The translations under genes were made by a program, and so were the position numbers. From the NCBI GenBank assembly GCA_964475985.1, contig CAYYYP010000005.1, positions 15,269-79,268 of the forward strand: DNA of 64,000 bases, written 5' to 3'. Positions 9,666-18,749 of this stretch are shown in pieces; positions within the stretch are counted from its first letter, which is position 1; the number at the start of each line of letters is the position of its first letter. The stretch is from an uncultured Oligoflexia bacterium (lineage in GTDB: Bacteria; Bdellovibrionota; UBA1018; CAYHWW01). The notes under the pieces are model-generated. The model was given only the letters and a program-made list of their open reading frames with translations. It made no database searches and had not been told where the DNA came from.

Positions 9666-10223
9666 ATGTCCATGAATCTTTTAAATTCACCCGAAAATCT
9701 TGAAAAACTCATCGCAATCGTTCCTGACTTTCCTACTAAGGGCGTTCTTTTTCGCGATATCACGCCACTCCTGGCTTCCAGCGAAGGTTTTGCCTTGGCG
9801 ATTGATGCTTTGGTTCAAGACATCGACCTTTCAGAAATTGATTGCATTGCAGGGATTGAATCCCGCGGCTTCATCCTAGCTGCAGCGCTTGCCGTGAAGT
9901 TTAATAAAGGGTTTCTGCCTATCCGGAAAAAAGGCAAACTACCTCAACCCGTGATTTCGCAAAGTTACAACTTGGAATACGGAACGGACGTCTTAGAAAT
10001 GCGTCCCTACAAACCGGTTTCCGAAGCCATTGCCAAAAAGCCACAAATTTTAGTGGTCGATGACGTCCTCGCCACGGGCGGCACAATTGCCGCAGCACTT
10101 AAGCTTTGCGAAAAGGCCGGCTACTTTGTGAAAGACATTTCCTTCCTTATCAATCTTGTGTACCTAAATACATTTCAATGGCAACAGACGCGTCCCAAAG
10201 CAGTATTCTCCTACAAAACATAA
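9666..10223 (+). CDS. apt: adenine phosphoribosyltransferase
   Basis: 185 aa with the PRTase motif VVDDVLATGGT. It is colinear with E. coli Apt over its full length. The 3' end overlaps the next gene. Confidence 0.85.
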   Translation: MSMNLLNSPENLEKLIAIVPDFPTKGVLFRDITPLLASSEGFALAIDALVQDIDLSEIDCIAGIESRGFILAAALAVKFNKGFLPIRKKGKLPQPVISQSYNLEYGTDVLEMRPYKPVSEAIAKKPQILVVDDVLATGGTIAAALKLCEKAGYFVKDISFLINLVYLNTFQWQQTRPKAVFSYKT

Positions 10224-13200
10224 ATCGCCTCCTTTGGCGGGGGTATCGTTTTGGTGGCTCTCTAAAACTTGCCGTCGTGGTCATTGTTGGACTTGCGGCA
10301 ACCTTAAGTTTTGCCACGGTTTATGAGTCCCTTCACGGAACCAAAGAAGTTCAGGCCATGGTTTATAACACTCCATGGTTCATTGCCCTGCTGACTTTGC
10401 TTGGCATCAACATCAGTTTTTCGGCGGCCCAAAGATTCCCGTGGAAAAAGCGGCTTCTAGGTTTTGTGATGGCCCACCTTGGCATCCTCATGCTGCTTTA
10501 CGGCGGTGCGCTCACTAGGCTTTATGGCCTTGATGGAACTCTTGCCCTAGAGCCGGGGGAGACCAGCAATCTCCTCACCATCGATGATCCACAAATTGAA
10601 ATCTGGGATAAAAACAAAAAAGGTTTTGTTCTAAAAGACAGTTTAAGCCTGAAGTCAAACCGAGCGCCCCTCGAGCTGACCTTGAAATCTACGGACGGCG
10701 AACACCAAGTTAAGATTCTGCAGATTTTACCGAAAGCGGTTTCTAGCGTTGAGTTTCGTGAAGTAAAAACAAAATCCGAAAATCCTCCAGCGCTCCTTCT
10801 TGAACTTTCTAGCGTTTTTATGGGCATGAATGTGCGGCAATGGTTAAGGGCCGGCGACCCCCAGTGGGGAAACGTAACCCTGGGGTTAGCGAATTTAAGT
10901 TTTGTGGCTGACTCTAAAATGCGGCCCCTTAGCGCATCTGCGAATCCCCATAACAAAATGCCAGGTCCTGGCACACGCAACGAACTTCAGATTCTTGCGA
11001 ATCCTGATCTGAGCCTTCGTTACGTTTTACGCTCTAAAAATGGCGAAAAAAAGGGCTCACTGAATGCGAGTGATTTGTCTAAGGCAAACCCCCAGTGGAT
11101 TGAAACTGGATGGCGCGACATTAAGGTCAGGATCGTAACTTTGGTACCTCATTCAGAACTCTTCCGGGAATACCGGGAGCCTTCGACAGAAGAACTCTCG
11201 AGGCAAAATGACTGGATCTCGGCACTTAAGCTTTCCTTTGACGGGGACGAAGCACGATTTGTGGAGTACCAAGACAGTCTTGAGTGGAACCAGTACCTCT
11301 TAAGATTTGGCCCTAAACTTGTGGCAATTCCCTTTTCTTTAACGCTTGAAAAATTTGAGATGGGAAAATATCCGGGGACCGATCGAGCAAAAACCTATTC
11401 GAGCTTTATTAAACTTACGGAACCCTCCCCTGAGTTTCGGGCGAAGTTAACGCCTGAGATGAAAGAAAGCATCCACATCACCATGAATGAACCTTTTGTT
11501 TACCGCGCCCTCACCTTTTACCAAGCAAGCTATCAGGAAAACGAAGGCGAGGGGGCGACCTCAATTCTTAGTGTGGGTTTAGATCCCGGGCGCCGCATAA
11601 AATACTTCGGAAGTATTCTGCTCGTGCTAGGAATTGTAGTCATGTTCTTCCAAAAAAGAGGTTTGAAATTTTTAATTCCAAAACGAATCCAAACAAAGTC
11701 TGAGTTTACAAAAACCGTAGGTGGTCTCGCTACATTTCTCCTTTTATTTAGTTTCCTTTCAAGTGCTGCCCTATGCGGGAATGTACTTGCTCAGAGTACG
11801 GCGGAGGCCCCGCCAAGTTATGCGCTAAGTCTCTCCCTTGATTCACTTAACCCGCAGCAACGCGAAGCCCTTGACCTCCTTTCTCACCTTCCCCTTCAGA
11901 ATGGGGGCCGCATCAAACCGTTAGATAGCTTTGCAAGGGATACGATTTTGTTCATCGCAGAGGGACGCCGCATCAGTACCGTTTCCGAATGGGACGCTAA
12001 ACTTTCGCCTCTTCTTTTACTTAGGGATTGGCTTTTGTATGCGCAGCTCTGGAGCAGGCGTGAATTTATCCCCGTTAAAAAAGATTCCATAAAAGAGGGA
12101 CTAGGGCTTCTTTTCAAAAAGCACCCTTACTACTCACCGGCCGAGATCTTAGGGGCCGGAAAACTTCAGGCCGTGATGGCAAATTTCGGTGAACAACAGC
12201 GTTTAGGTCATAAACTAAATACCCTGGAAAAGGACATGCAGCGGGTTCTTGAAAAGGCTCAACTTTTCCATGGCATCACTTCGGGCACACTTTGGACGGT
12301 GCTTCCGGGGGAGCCCGCTTGGTTTTCCTTGGTTGAACCCCTAGCCATGACTTCAGGCGTAGGCCCGCTTCTAGCAAAGGCATTTGAAACCCTTTCGCCA
12401 GAGGACGCTAAAACTTTAGCAGCGGTACAAATTTCACCACTGGCAAAAAACTCAAACGGTACGGATGCCACAGACGCCTCAATGCCGAGCCTTAAATCCT
12501 TGGCCGATAAATTAAATCGTGAAGTTCAATTCAATCGCTTAAGGCCGTTTCAAAAAAGTTGGATCCTTTACGGAATTGCATTTTTATTTTTACTTTTTGG
12601 CCGGATTTTTCAAGGAGGCAGATCAAACTTGATTAAGGGTTTAGGCCTTGGTGCATTCATCGCGGCCTTTGCCATGCATACCTACGGTTTTGTTTTACGC
12701 TGTTTGCTTACGGGCCATCCTCCAGTGACAAATATGTACGAGTCTACGGTTTGGGTTCCGTGGGGTGTTGCGATTTTTGCCTTAGGTATTTTTGTGGCTT
12801 ACCGAAAACATCCACGGGCACTCATGGTCCTGCTGGCGGCCTCCTTAGTTTCCATGTTTGCGCTTATTCTTTCCGATAACGTTCCGGCAGTACTTGATCC
12901 AACCATCAGGCCCTTGGAACCAGTCCTTAGGAGCAACTATTGGCTCACCATCCATGTACTTACAATTACGCTCGCCTACGCAGCGTTTGCTCTGTCCTTG
13001 GGGCTCGGCAATCTGACCTTAGGTTATTACCTTTTTAAACCTCAAGAAAATGAAACCATTTCTGTTTATACAGAATTCACCTACCGTGCGGTTCAGGTGG
13101 GCGTAGTATTATTAGCGGCCGGCACGATTTTGGGCGGAATTTGGGCTGACTACAGTTGGGGAAGATTTTGGGGATGGGATCCAAAGGAAACTTGGGCCCT

Positions 13201-13459
13201 GATTGCGCTCTTGCTTTATGTGGCCGTACTGCATGGCCGATGGGCTGGTTGGCTTAAACCCTTTGGCTTGATCCTAGGTACGGTTTGCTGCTTTTTAGGC
13301 GTGCTTATGGCTTGGTACGGCGTCAATTTTGTTCTGGGCGTAGGCCTTCATTCCTATGGTTTTGCGACCGGAGGCCTTGAATACGTTGCCGCTTTCATCA
13401 TTGTGCAAATGCTTTTTGTGGCATTGGTGGGCGTCAAACGGCATCTAAAAAAGGGGTAA
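10178..13459 (+). CDS. ccsBA: fused system-II cytochrome c synthase CcsB(ResB)-CcsA (CcsBA)
   Basis: About 1094 aa from the ATG at 10178. It has a ResB-like N-terminus, a large periplasmic region, and a C-terminal CcsA/ResC module with the Trp-rich WWD region (WADYSWGRFWGWDPKETWALIA). Confidence 0.75.
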   Translation: MATDASQSSILLQNINRLLWRGYRFGGSLKLAVVVIVGLAATLSFATVYESLHGTKEVQAMVYNTPWFIALLTLLGINISFSAAQRFPWKKRLLGFVMAHLGILMLLYGGALTRLYGLDGTLALEPGETSNLLTIDDPQIEIWDKNKKGFVLKDSLSLKSNRAPLELTLKSTDGEHQVKILQILPKAVSSVEFREVKTKSENPPALLLELSSVFMGMNVRQWLRAGDPQWGNVTLGLANLSFVADSKMRPLSASANPHNKMPGPGTRNELQILANPDLSLRYVLRSKNGEKKGSLNASDLSKANPQWIETGWRDIKVRIVTLVPHSELFREYREPSTEELSRQNDWISALKLSFDGDEARFVEYQDSLEWNQYLLRFGPKLVAIPFSLTLEKFEMGKYPGTDRAKTYSSFIKLTEPSPEFRAKLTPEMKESIHITMNEPFVYRALTFYQASYQENEGEGATSILSVGLDPGRRIKYFGSILLVLGIVVMFFQKRGLKFLIPKRIQTKSEFTKTVGGLATFLLLFSFLSSAALCGNVLAQSTAEAPPSYALSLSLDSLNPQQREALDLLSHLPLQNGGRIKPLDSFARDTILFIAEGRRISTVSEWDAKLSPLLLLRDWLLYAQLWSRREFIPVKKDSIKEGLGLLFKKHPYYSPAEILGAGKLQAVMANFGEQQRLGHKLNTLEKDMQRVLEKAQLFHGITSGTLWTVLPGEPAWFSLVEPLAMTSGVGPLLAKAFETLSPEDAKTLAAVQISPLAKNSNGTDATDASMPSLKSLADKLNREVQFNRLRPFQKSWILYGIAFLFLLFGRIFQGGRSNLIKGLGLGAFIAAFAMHTYGFVLRCLLTGHPPVTNMYESTVWVPWGVAIFALGIFVAYRKHPRALMVLLAASLVSMFALILSDNVPAVLDPTIRPLEPVLRSNYWLTIHVLTITLAYAAFALSLGLGNLTLGYYLFKPQENETISVYTEFTYRAVQVGVVLLAAGTILGGIWADYSWGRFWGWDPKETWALIALLLYVAVLHGRWAGWLKPFGLILGTVCCFLGVLMAWYGVNFVLGVGLHSYGFATGGLEYVAAFIIVQMLFVALVGVKRHLKKG

Positions 13460-13463
13460 AAAA

Positions 13464-14393
13464 ATGGGGTCAAATTCAAGCAGGGAAATTATCACTACAC
13501 GTGTTTTAAATTTTCCGAAGGAAACTGTTTTTAAGGCGTGGGCCGATCCCGTGCACCTTGCTCACTGGTGGGGACCGGAAGGCTTTAAAAATATTTTTCA
13601 TGAATTTGATTTTCGTCCGGGCGGCAAATGGCGTTTCGTCATGCAAGGTCCCGATGGACGTAATTACGACAACGAAAGTGAATTCTTAGAAACTTCGAAT
13701 GGCGAACGAATTGTATTTAGGCACCTTTCCGATCCAAAATTCACGGTGACGGCAAATTTTGAGGAACTTAACGAAAAGCGCTCGAAACTCACCTGGACCA
13801 TGCTCTTTGATTCAGCCAAAGTTTGCGAAAGTTTGAAGTCCATCGTGATTCCCGCCAATGAACAGAACATGGTGCGACTTGAGGCCGAGCTTAATAAAAT
13901 GGCTTCCGGCGCGGTCTTTAGTTTATCGCGCAAACTGAGTGCCCCACGGGAACTTGTTTTTGATGCCTGCACAAATCCTGATCGTATGCAGCAGTGGTGG
14001 GGACCTAAAGGTGTCAACGTCGTCGCATCTAAGATGGATTTCAGAGCTGGAGGTTCATACCTTTACGGAATGAGCACGCCAGATGGCAAAACCATCTGGG
14101 GTAAGTTCGCCTACCGAGAAATTGAAAAGCCTGCTCGTCTGCTTTTTGTAAACAGTTTTTCGGATGAAAATGGTGGAGTGACTCGGCATCCGTTTGCAGA
14201 AAATTGGCCGCTCGAGCTGCTGAGTACATTTATGTTTTATAAGCAGGGCGATGAAACGGCATTTACCATTCGGTGGGAACCCTTAAATCCGACGGCTACG
14301 GAATTCAAAGCTTTCGCCGATGGCCATGCCTCCATGCACCAGGGTTGGAGTGGAACTTTGGATGAACTTACTCAGTATTTAAAGAAAGTTTAA
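13464..14393 (+). CDS. tandem SRPBCC (AHSA1/activator-of-Hsp90-ATPase-like) domain protein
   Basis: 309 aa with two repeats that are similar to each other (VHLAHWWGPEGF... / ...RMQQWWGPKGV...). This matches the AHSA1/SRPBCC fold pattern. Confidence 0.55.
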   Translation: MGSNSSREIITTRVLNFPKETVFKAWADPVHLAHWWGPEGFKNIFHEFDFRPGGKWRFVMQGPDGRNYDNESEFLETSNGERIVFRHLSDPKFTVTANFEELNEKRSKLTWTMLFDSAKVCESLKSIVIPANEQNMVRLEAELNKMASGAVFSLSRKLSAPRELVFDACTNPDRMQQWWGPKGVNVVASKMDFRAGGSYLYGMSTPDGKTIWGKFAYREIEKPARLLFVNSFSDENGGVTRHPFAENWPLELLSTFMFYKQGDETAFTIRWEPLNPTATEFKAFADGHASMHQGWSGTLDELTQYLKKV

Positions 14394-14519
14394 GGACTAG
14401 GCGATTTTTACCTGGCGCTTATCCACACCTAAACATCCTCAAGCTGCCTTGACGCATCCGTTACCACGAAGGGAGCAAGCGTTAACTTCACTAACTATTA
14501 TTTACCGTGAAAACTGCCC

Positions 14520-15110
14520 CTAGAGTCCGAGTTCTGCCGCAATTTTTTTTCTTACGGATTCCGCCATCCAGTTTTGTGCGCCCGTTGCCCAAACTAGTTT
14601 GAGATTAGAACTCACTAAAAGATTCGTGGGCAGGACTCTGACGCCAAGCTTTTGGCCGGTAATGTTTCCTGGATCAAGAACGTGATAAAAAGGCAACACT
14701 CCGACCTGCTGCTCCACCTTGGCCAGAGCCGCAAGCGGGTTTTCATCAAGGTTAACGGCTATGACCCTAAGCTTAGGAAATTTTCTGGCCAGCTCAATCA
14801 TGGAGGCAAGTTCGCTTTGGCAAGCCGGGCACCAGCTCGCCCAGAAGGTCATAAGCAAGGTTTGACCTGCGAAATCCTTAAGGTGTACCTGCGAGCCCAT
14901 GGGCTTACCCAGCAAGTCGCGCAACGCAGCATTGCTATTGGTGTGACCATTTTCATTGCCGTCCTCAGCTGATTGGCTTCGCAAAACTTGAAATCCAAGG
15001 CTTTCATCAAGAATGCTGCCTTCCGGCACCCGAATTCCGGATGAGCGCCAGACGAGTTGGAATAGAATGAGAGCCAGAATTCCGTAGCTGATTAGACGTC
15101 CAATTGACAA
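14520..15110 (-). CDS. TlpA/ResA-like periplasmic thiol:disulfide oxidoreductase
   Basis: 196 aa with an N-terminal transmembrane anchor and the thioredoxin motif WASWCPAC. It starts at a TTG at 15110, with a GGAGG 9-10 nt upstream. It lies near ccsBA. Confidence 0.7.
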   Translation of the reverse strand: MSIGRLISYGILALILFQLVWRSSGIRVPEGSILDESLGFQVLRSQSAEDGNENGHTNSNAALRDLLGKPMGSQVHLKDFAGQTLLMTFWASWCPACQSELASMIELARKFPKLRVIAVNLDENPLAALAKVEQQVGVLPFYHVLDPGNITGQKLGVRVLPTNLLVSSNLKLVWATGAQNWMAESVRKKIAAELGL

Positions 15111-15139
15111 AGAAAACCCCCTCCACTAGCCCTGTTAGT

Positions 15140-15772
15140 ATGTCTACTTTAACTCAGAATTCAACTCGACCCCAGGGTTCCTTTTCTATGCCCGTAACTT
15201 CAACCCAAAGTTTTATTCTCACGACTCTGGCAGCGACCGGGCTATTGGTCTTAAGCGCCCATTTGAAAGTCGCGATCCCGGGCACTCCTGTACCTTTAAC
15301 CTTTCAAACTTTGGTGGTGTCCCTTATGGCCTTCACCATGGGGCCCGTGGCCGCACTCGCGGCACTTTCGCTTTACCTTGCGGGAGGTTTAGTCGGACTT
15401 CCATTTTTTGCGCCTGGAGTTTCAGTTTTTGCCATTGGTATAAACGCCTTCTTAAGGCCCACCTTTGGTTATTTGATTGGCTTCTTCCCCATGGTGCTGG
15501 CTTCGTCATATTTAGCGAACCTTTTCAAAAAGATCGTTGCCGGCCAAACCTCTTCAACTCAACCTTCTTTATTGAGTTCAGTAGCCCTCCTCTCAACGGC
15601 GGCGCTGTTGGGTAGTTTCCTTTGTTTTGCCTGCGGAGTGATCTGGCTTAAGCTGCTTATGGGCGATTGGCAGATGGCCTTCACTTTGGGCTTTCTGCCC
15701 TTTCTGCTGGGAGATGTGGTGAAGTCGGTATTGGCCGGTCTCATCGCCGCGCCCCTCAGAAGAAATTCTTGA
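15140..15772 (+). CDS. bioY: biotin transporter BioY
   Basis: Contains the BioY signature region AIPGTPVPLTFQTLVVSLMAFTMGP and multiple transmembrane helices. The start is uncertain (15140 or 15188). Confidence 0.65.
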   Translation: MSTLTQNSTRPQGSFSMPVTSTQSFILTTLAATGLLVLSAHLKVAIPGTPVPLTFQTLVVSLMAFTMGPVAALAALSLYLAGGLVGLPFFAPGVSVFAIGINAFLRPTFGYLIGFFPMVLASSYLANLFKKIVAGQTSSTQPSLLSSVALLSTAALLGSFLCFACGVIWLKLLMGDWQMAFTLGFLPFLLGDVVKSVLAGLIAAPLRRNS

Positions 15773-15835
15773 GTTTTTTACACGTATTCAGTAGTAAAGG
15801 TCTGACAAAGTTTTATTTTTAGTGAGAGGACTTTC

Positions 15836-16120
15836 ATGGCAACCCATAAATCAGCAGTAAAAAGAGCGAAACAAAACGAGAAAAAACGCGAACGTAACTC
15901 TGGCCTTCGCGCCACGACCCGTACGGCGCTTAAAAAGGCCCGTACGTCCGTAGAAGCAGCAAAAACCTCCGATGAAGCAAAACAAGCGCTTCAATTGGGT
16001 GAACGTCTTTTGCGTAAAGCTACCTCCAAGGGTGTAATCCCCGCGGGTCGCGTAAACCGTTTGGTGAGTCGTTTGGCCTCTGCCATCAGCCGCCGTTTTT
16101 CCAGCACAGCCGCTAAGTAA
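15836..16120 (+). CDS. rpsT: 30S ribosomal protein S20
   Basis: 94 aa, MATHKSAVKRAKQNEKKRERN... Basic and helical. It is colinear with S20. Confidence 0.85.
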   Translation: MATHKSAVKRAKQNEKKRERNSGLRATTRTALKKARTSVEAAKTSDEAKQALQLGERLLRKATSKGVIPAGRVNRLVSRLASAISRRFSSTAAK

Positions 16121-16185
16121 TCTACTTTTAGACACTTCATTTTTTGTCGAGTCTTTGAGAGATCAAAGGCTCGACAAAAAGTAGT
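16120..16185. terminator. bidirectional terminator hairpin between rpsT and holA
   Basis: Inverted repeat ttttgtcgag...ctcgacaaaa with flanking T-runs and A-runs. Confidence 0.5.
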
Positions 16186-17107
16186 CTACACTTCTGGGGG
16201 CTGGTTCCCCTGAGGATTTCAACCTTTCATCCAATAACAAAAGGTTTCTTAGAATTTTCTGCTTTTGATTTGGGGCAGTTTCAGAGCTTCGATTTTTCAA
16301 AGACCATAACAGAGCCCCCACAAAACCCAAGGCCTGTTCTTGGCTTTCAATCAAACGGGCCGATAAAATAAGTGCTCTAACTTTTTTATTTTCAAGTACC
16401 GCCCGGCAAAGATCAAAAATGGAAGTTTGCGCTCCGTTGAAAACGACGGAAACCAAAGCATCCTTCGTTGCTACTAAAGAAGGGCTTAGAAAAAGCTCCA
16501 ATTTTTGGAGCTCCATCACAACCTGACTCAGGGTTTCAAACTCAAAACTTGAAAACCATTCCAGTAAGCTTGGTTCAAATTCCAAGGATGTTTGCGAAAC
16601 CAAATATCTAATCCACCTACTGCGCTCAAAATCCTTCGGTGACGTACAGTCCCAGAGCGCGTTGGCTTTTTTCAGCATTTGCGAAAGTTTTCGGCGCTGA
16701 TCCAATACCGCTGATTCAAAAATAAATATCGCAGGTTCCTGCGCGATTTCTTCAGAACTTAATCGGCTCAAGGTGTTGATACGTTTCGTAAGATCCGTCA
16801 AAAAACCTTGGGACTCCCCCAGCACCAAGGAATTCCTGATAAAGACTAACTTAGGCCCTGCTGAATTCCTGGCAGAAAAAAGGTCCACGCAAGCGACCTC
16901 ATCCAAAATTTCTACCCAAGTTTTTTCCTTGGCATCGAAAGTATTTAACGCGGTCAGGGAGGCATTTTTTTCAATTCCATGAAGTTTTAAAATCTGCTCT
17001 AAAAGTTCATTTCGACGGACCGATTCGTTGCCAAAAAGCCCGTAAACCAGGGTTTTGGTAAGCTTAGCGCGCTGAGGGTCCGGATGCTCCGTCTTTGCTG
17101 CCTTCAA
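16163..17107 (-). CDS. holA: DNA polymerase III delta subunit
   Basis: 314 aa with the N-terminal pattern LVYGLFGNESVRRNELLEQIL. It sits immediately downstream of lptE, as in the conserved lptE-holA pair. Confidence 0.6.
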   Translation of the reverse strand: MKAAKTEHPDPQRAKLTKTLVYGLFGNESVRRNELLEQILKLHGIEKNASLTALNTFDAKEKTWVEILDEVACVDLFSARNSAGPKLVFIRNSLVLGESQGFLTDLTKRINTLSRLSSEEIAQEPAIFIFESAVLDQRRKLSQMLKKANALWDCTSPKDFERSRWIRYLVSQTSLEFEPSLLEWFSSFEFETLSQVVMELQKLELFLSPSLVATKDALVSVVFNGAQTSIFDLCRAVLENKKVRALILSARLIESQEQALGFVGALLWSLKNRSSETAPNQKQKILRNLLLLDERLKSSGEPAPRSVDYFLSSL

Positions 17108-17745
17108 AAAGCCTCCATCATGGTGTCGTAGGAGTCAGCCGCAATGAGCAGGGAAATGTCGTGCAGAGCATTTTGAAACCTGCTCTCGTTAATGAGGACT
17201 GAAGTATTTCCTAAATCACCTGCGATATTATTTCCCGGATAGAGGCGGGACCTAGAAAATCCTTTTCCCCAAAGTACGGCGCCGTCCCGTCGTTTCAGAT
17301 AAAGCGTTACCCCAGCGGTGGCTTGATACTCAGATGCCACGATGAAGTTTGAAGGAAGTGGGGCCGTACCGGTCGGCGAGTTTTGATTGAGTTGGGTTGC
17401 GCCGGAGACGCTGGTTACACTGCTCTGGGCTAAGTCAATGCTGCCGGTCAAAACGGCATCCGCATCTTCCACCCGGTCGGTGAGCTGAACCCTGCCCTGC
17501 TTTGCGTATTCCTGAAGTAATGCGCTAGTAAAGGGCACTTCAAGGCCAGCCTTAAGCGTGTTGTTTTTCAAAGGGTAGATATAAAGTTTATTAATTTTTT
17601 CCCGTGACCAAATATTTTCGGGCGAACGTAGATGGTAACCGCATCCCGTTACGCCACTTAAAAACAAAATTAAAAAACCAAGGGGTAGCGCCCTACGAGA
17701 GAGAAATCCTAAGGGCTTTGATAACTTTTTCCAATTTACGATCAT
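17104..17745 (-). CDS. lptE: LPS-assembly lipoprotein LptE
   Basis: Lipobox LSGVTGC followed by GYHLRSP (the LptE CG[FWY]HLRG signature). The start chosen is the ATG at 17745, which overlaps the upstream gene's 3' end. The ORF is open to 17847. Confidence 0.65.
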   Translation of the reverse strand: MIVNWKKLSKPLGFLSRRALPLGFLILFLSGVTGCGYHLRSPENIWSREKINKLYIYPLKNNTLKAGLEVPFTSALLQEYAKQGRVQLTDRVEDADAVLTGSIDLAQSSVTSVSGATQLNQNSPTGTAPLPSNFIVASEYQATAGVTLYLKRRDGAVLWGKGFSRSRLYPGNNIAGDLGNTSVLINESRFQNALHDISLLIAADSYDTMMEAF

Positions 17746-18736
17746 CCAAACGAGCCTTATCACGATACTGATTCTCCAACTCCTTGAGAGCTTCAAGGGC
17801 TTTCTGCTGTGGGTCCTTGTGGGCCGACTTGGACATGAGATTATCAAAAATATTCGTAATGGCTACAATCCTTGCAAGGTCATAAATGGCAAGGCCCTTC
17901 ATTCCCTTAGGAAAGCCCGTCCCATCCAAAAATTCATGGTGCTGTGCCACGATCATAAGCACTTCAGAGGGGATCTCCCGAGCATTTCGGTTCATTCCTT
18001 CGAGGAGATCACGCCCAATATTGGGGTGCTCCAGCCATTCTGGGTCATCTTCCTGAATGAGCCCCTCGGCTTTAACGCTCAAGGCTGTTTTGCCAATGTC
18101 GTGCAGGAGACCGCCAATGGCTAAATGTTCCAAAATAACCTGGCTAGTGTAACCAAGACGCAATCCAACAAAAATGCTCGTAACCGATACATTCACGGCA
18201 TGATCGATGGCACCTTTACCAAACTTATGAAGGGAGGCAACATTGTTGATGACAAAAGGCTTATCCAAAAATGCGGTGACCAGCTCTCGCGAGCGCTGAA
18301 GGGAGAACTTAATGGCCTCCTGTTTGGCGTGGGCTTCAAAAAGTGAAAACACACTTTTTCGCAAATCCAACACCGCGCCACGAATCGGCGCTTCCGCTTC
18401 AGGAACTTCGGCAGGTCGACTCACTTTCTTTACCCCGGCCAAAATTTCTTCAGGCGTTTGTTTTTTCAGGTCTTTGATATCGTTATTCTCAGCCCAAAGG
18501 AGAAATTCCAATTTACGTTCTTCGGGAATAAATACGGTGCGGACTTGGTTGAATAAAAGTTTATCAAACTCGGCCGGACTCAACTCATCGCCTTGGGACT
18601 TATACTTTACTAGTTTATGCCGTAAGCACAGAAAAAGATCGCCCGGCAGAGGCTGGGACGCAAGGAGTCGCAAAGTTGGCCAGGAAAGCTGACACGAAAT
18701 CTTTGTTTCTTCAGATTCTTTTTTTTTTGGCATCAT
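17693..18736 (-). CDS. HD-GYP domain c-di-GMP phosphodiesterase with an N-terminal domain of unknown function
   Basis: 347 aa with GGLLHDIGK and HHEFLDGTGFP motifs. It begins 13 bp downstream of the pelG-fusion stop on the same strand. Confidence 0.8.
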   Translation of the reverse strand: MMPKKKESEETKISCQLSWPTLRLLASQPLPGDLFLCLRHKLVKYKSQGDELSPAEFDKLLFNQVRTVFIPEERKLEFLLWAENNDIKDLKKQTPEEILAGVKKVSRPAEVPEAEAPIRGAVLDLRKSVFSLFEAHAKQEAIKFSLQRSRELVTAFLDKPFVINNVASLHKFGKGAIDHAVNVSVTSIFVGLRLGYTSQVILEHLAIGGLLHDIGKTALSVKAEGLIQEDDPEWLEHPNIGRDLLEGMNRNAREIPSEVLMIVAQHHEFLDGTGFPKGMKGLAIYDLARIVAITNIFDNLMSKSAHKDPQQKALEALKELENQYRDKARLDDRKLEKVIKALRISLS

Positions 18737-18749
18737 TCTCCCACCTTCT

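Noticed and set aside
10522-10980. 152-aa minus-strand ORF inside ccsBA
   Set aside because: It is antisense to a strongly supported coding region. The product is Arg/Ser/Pro-rich, typical of a shadow frame.
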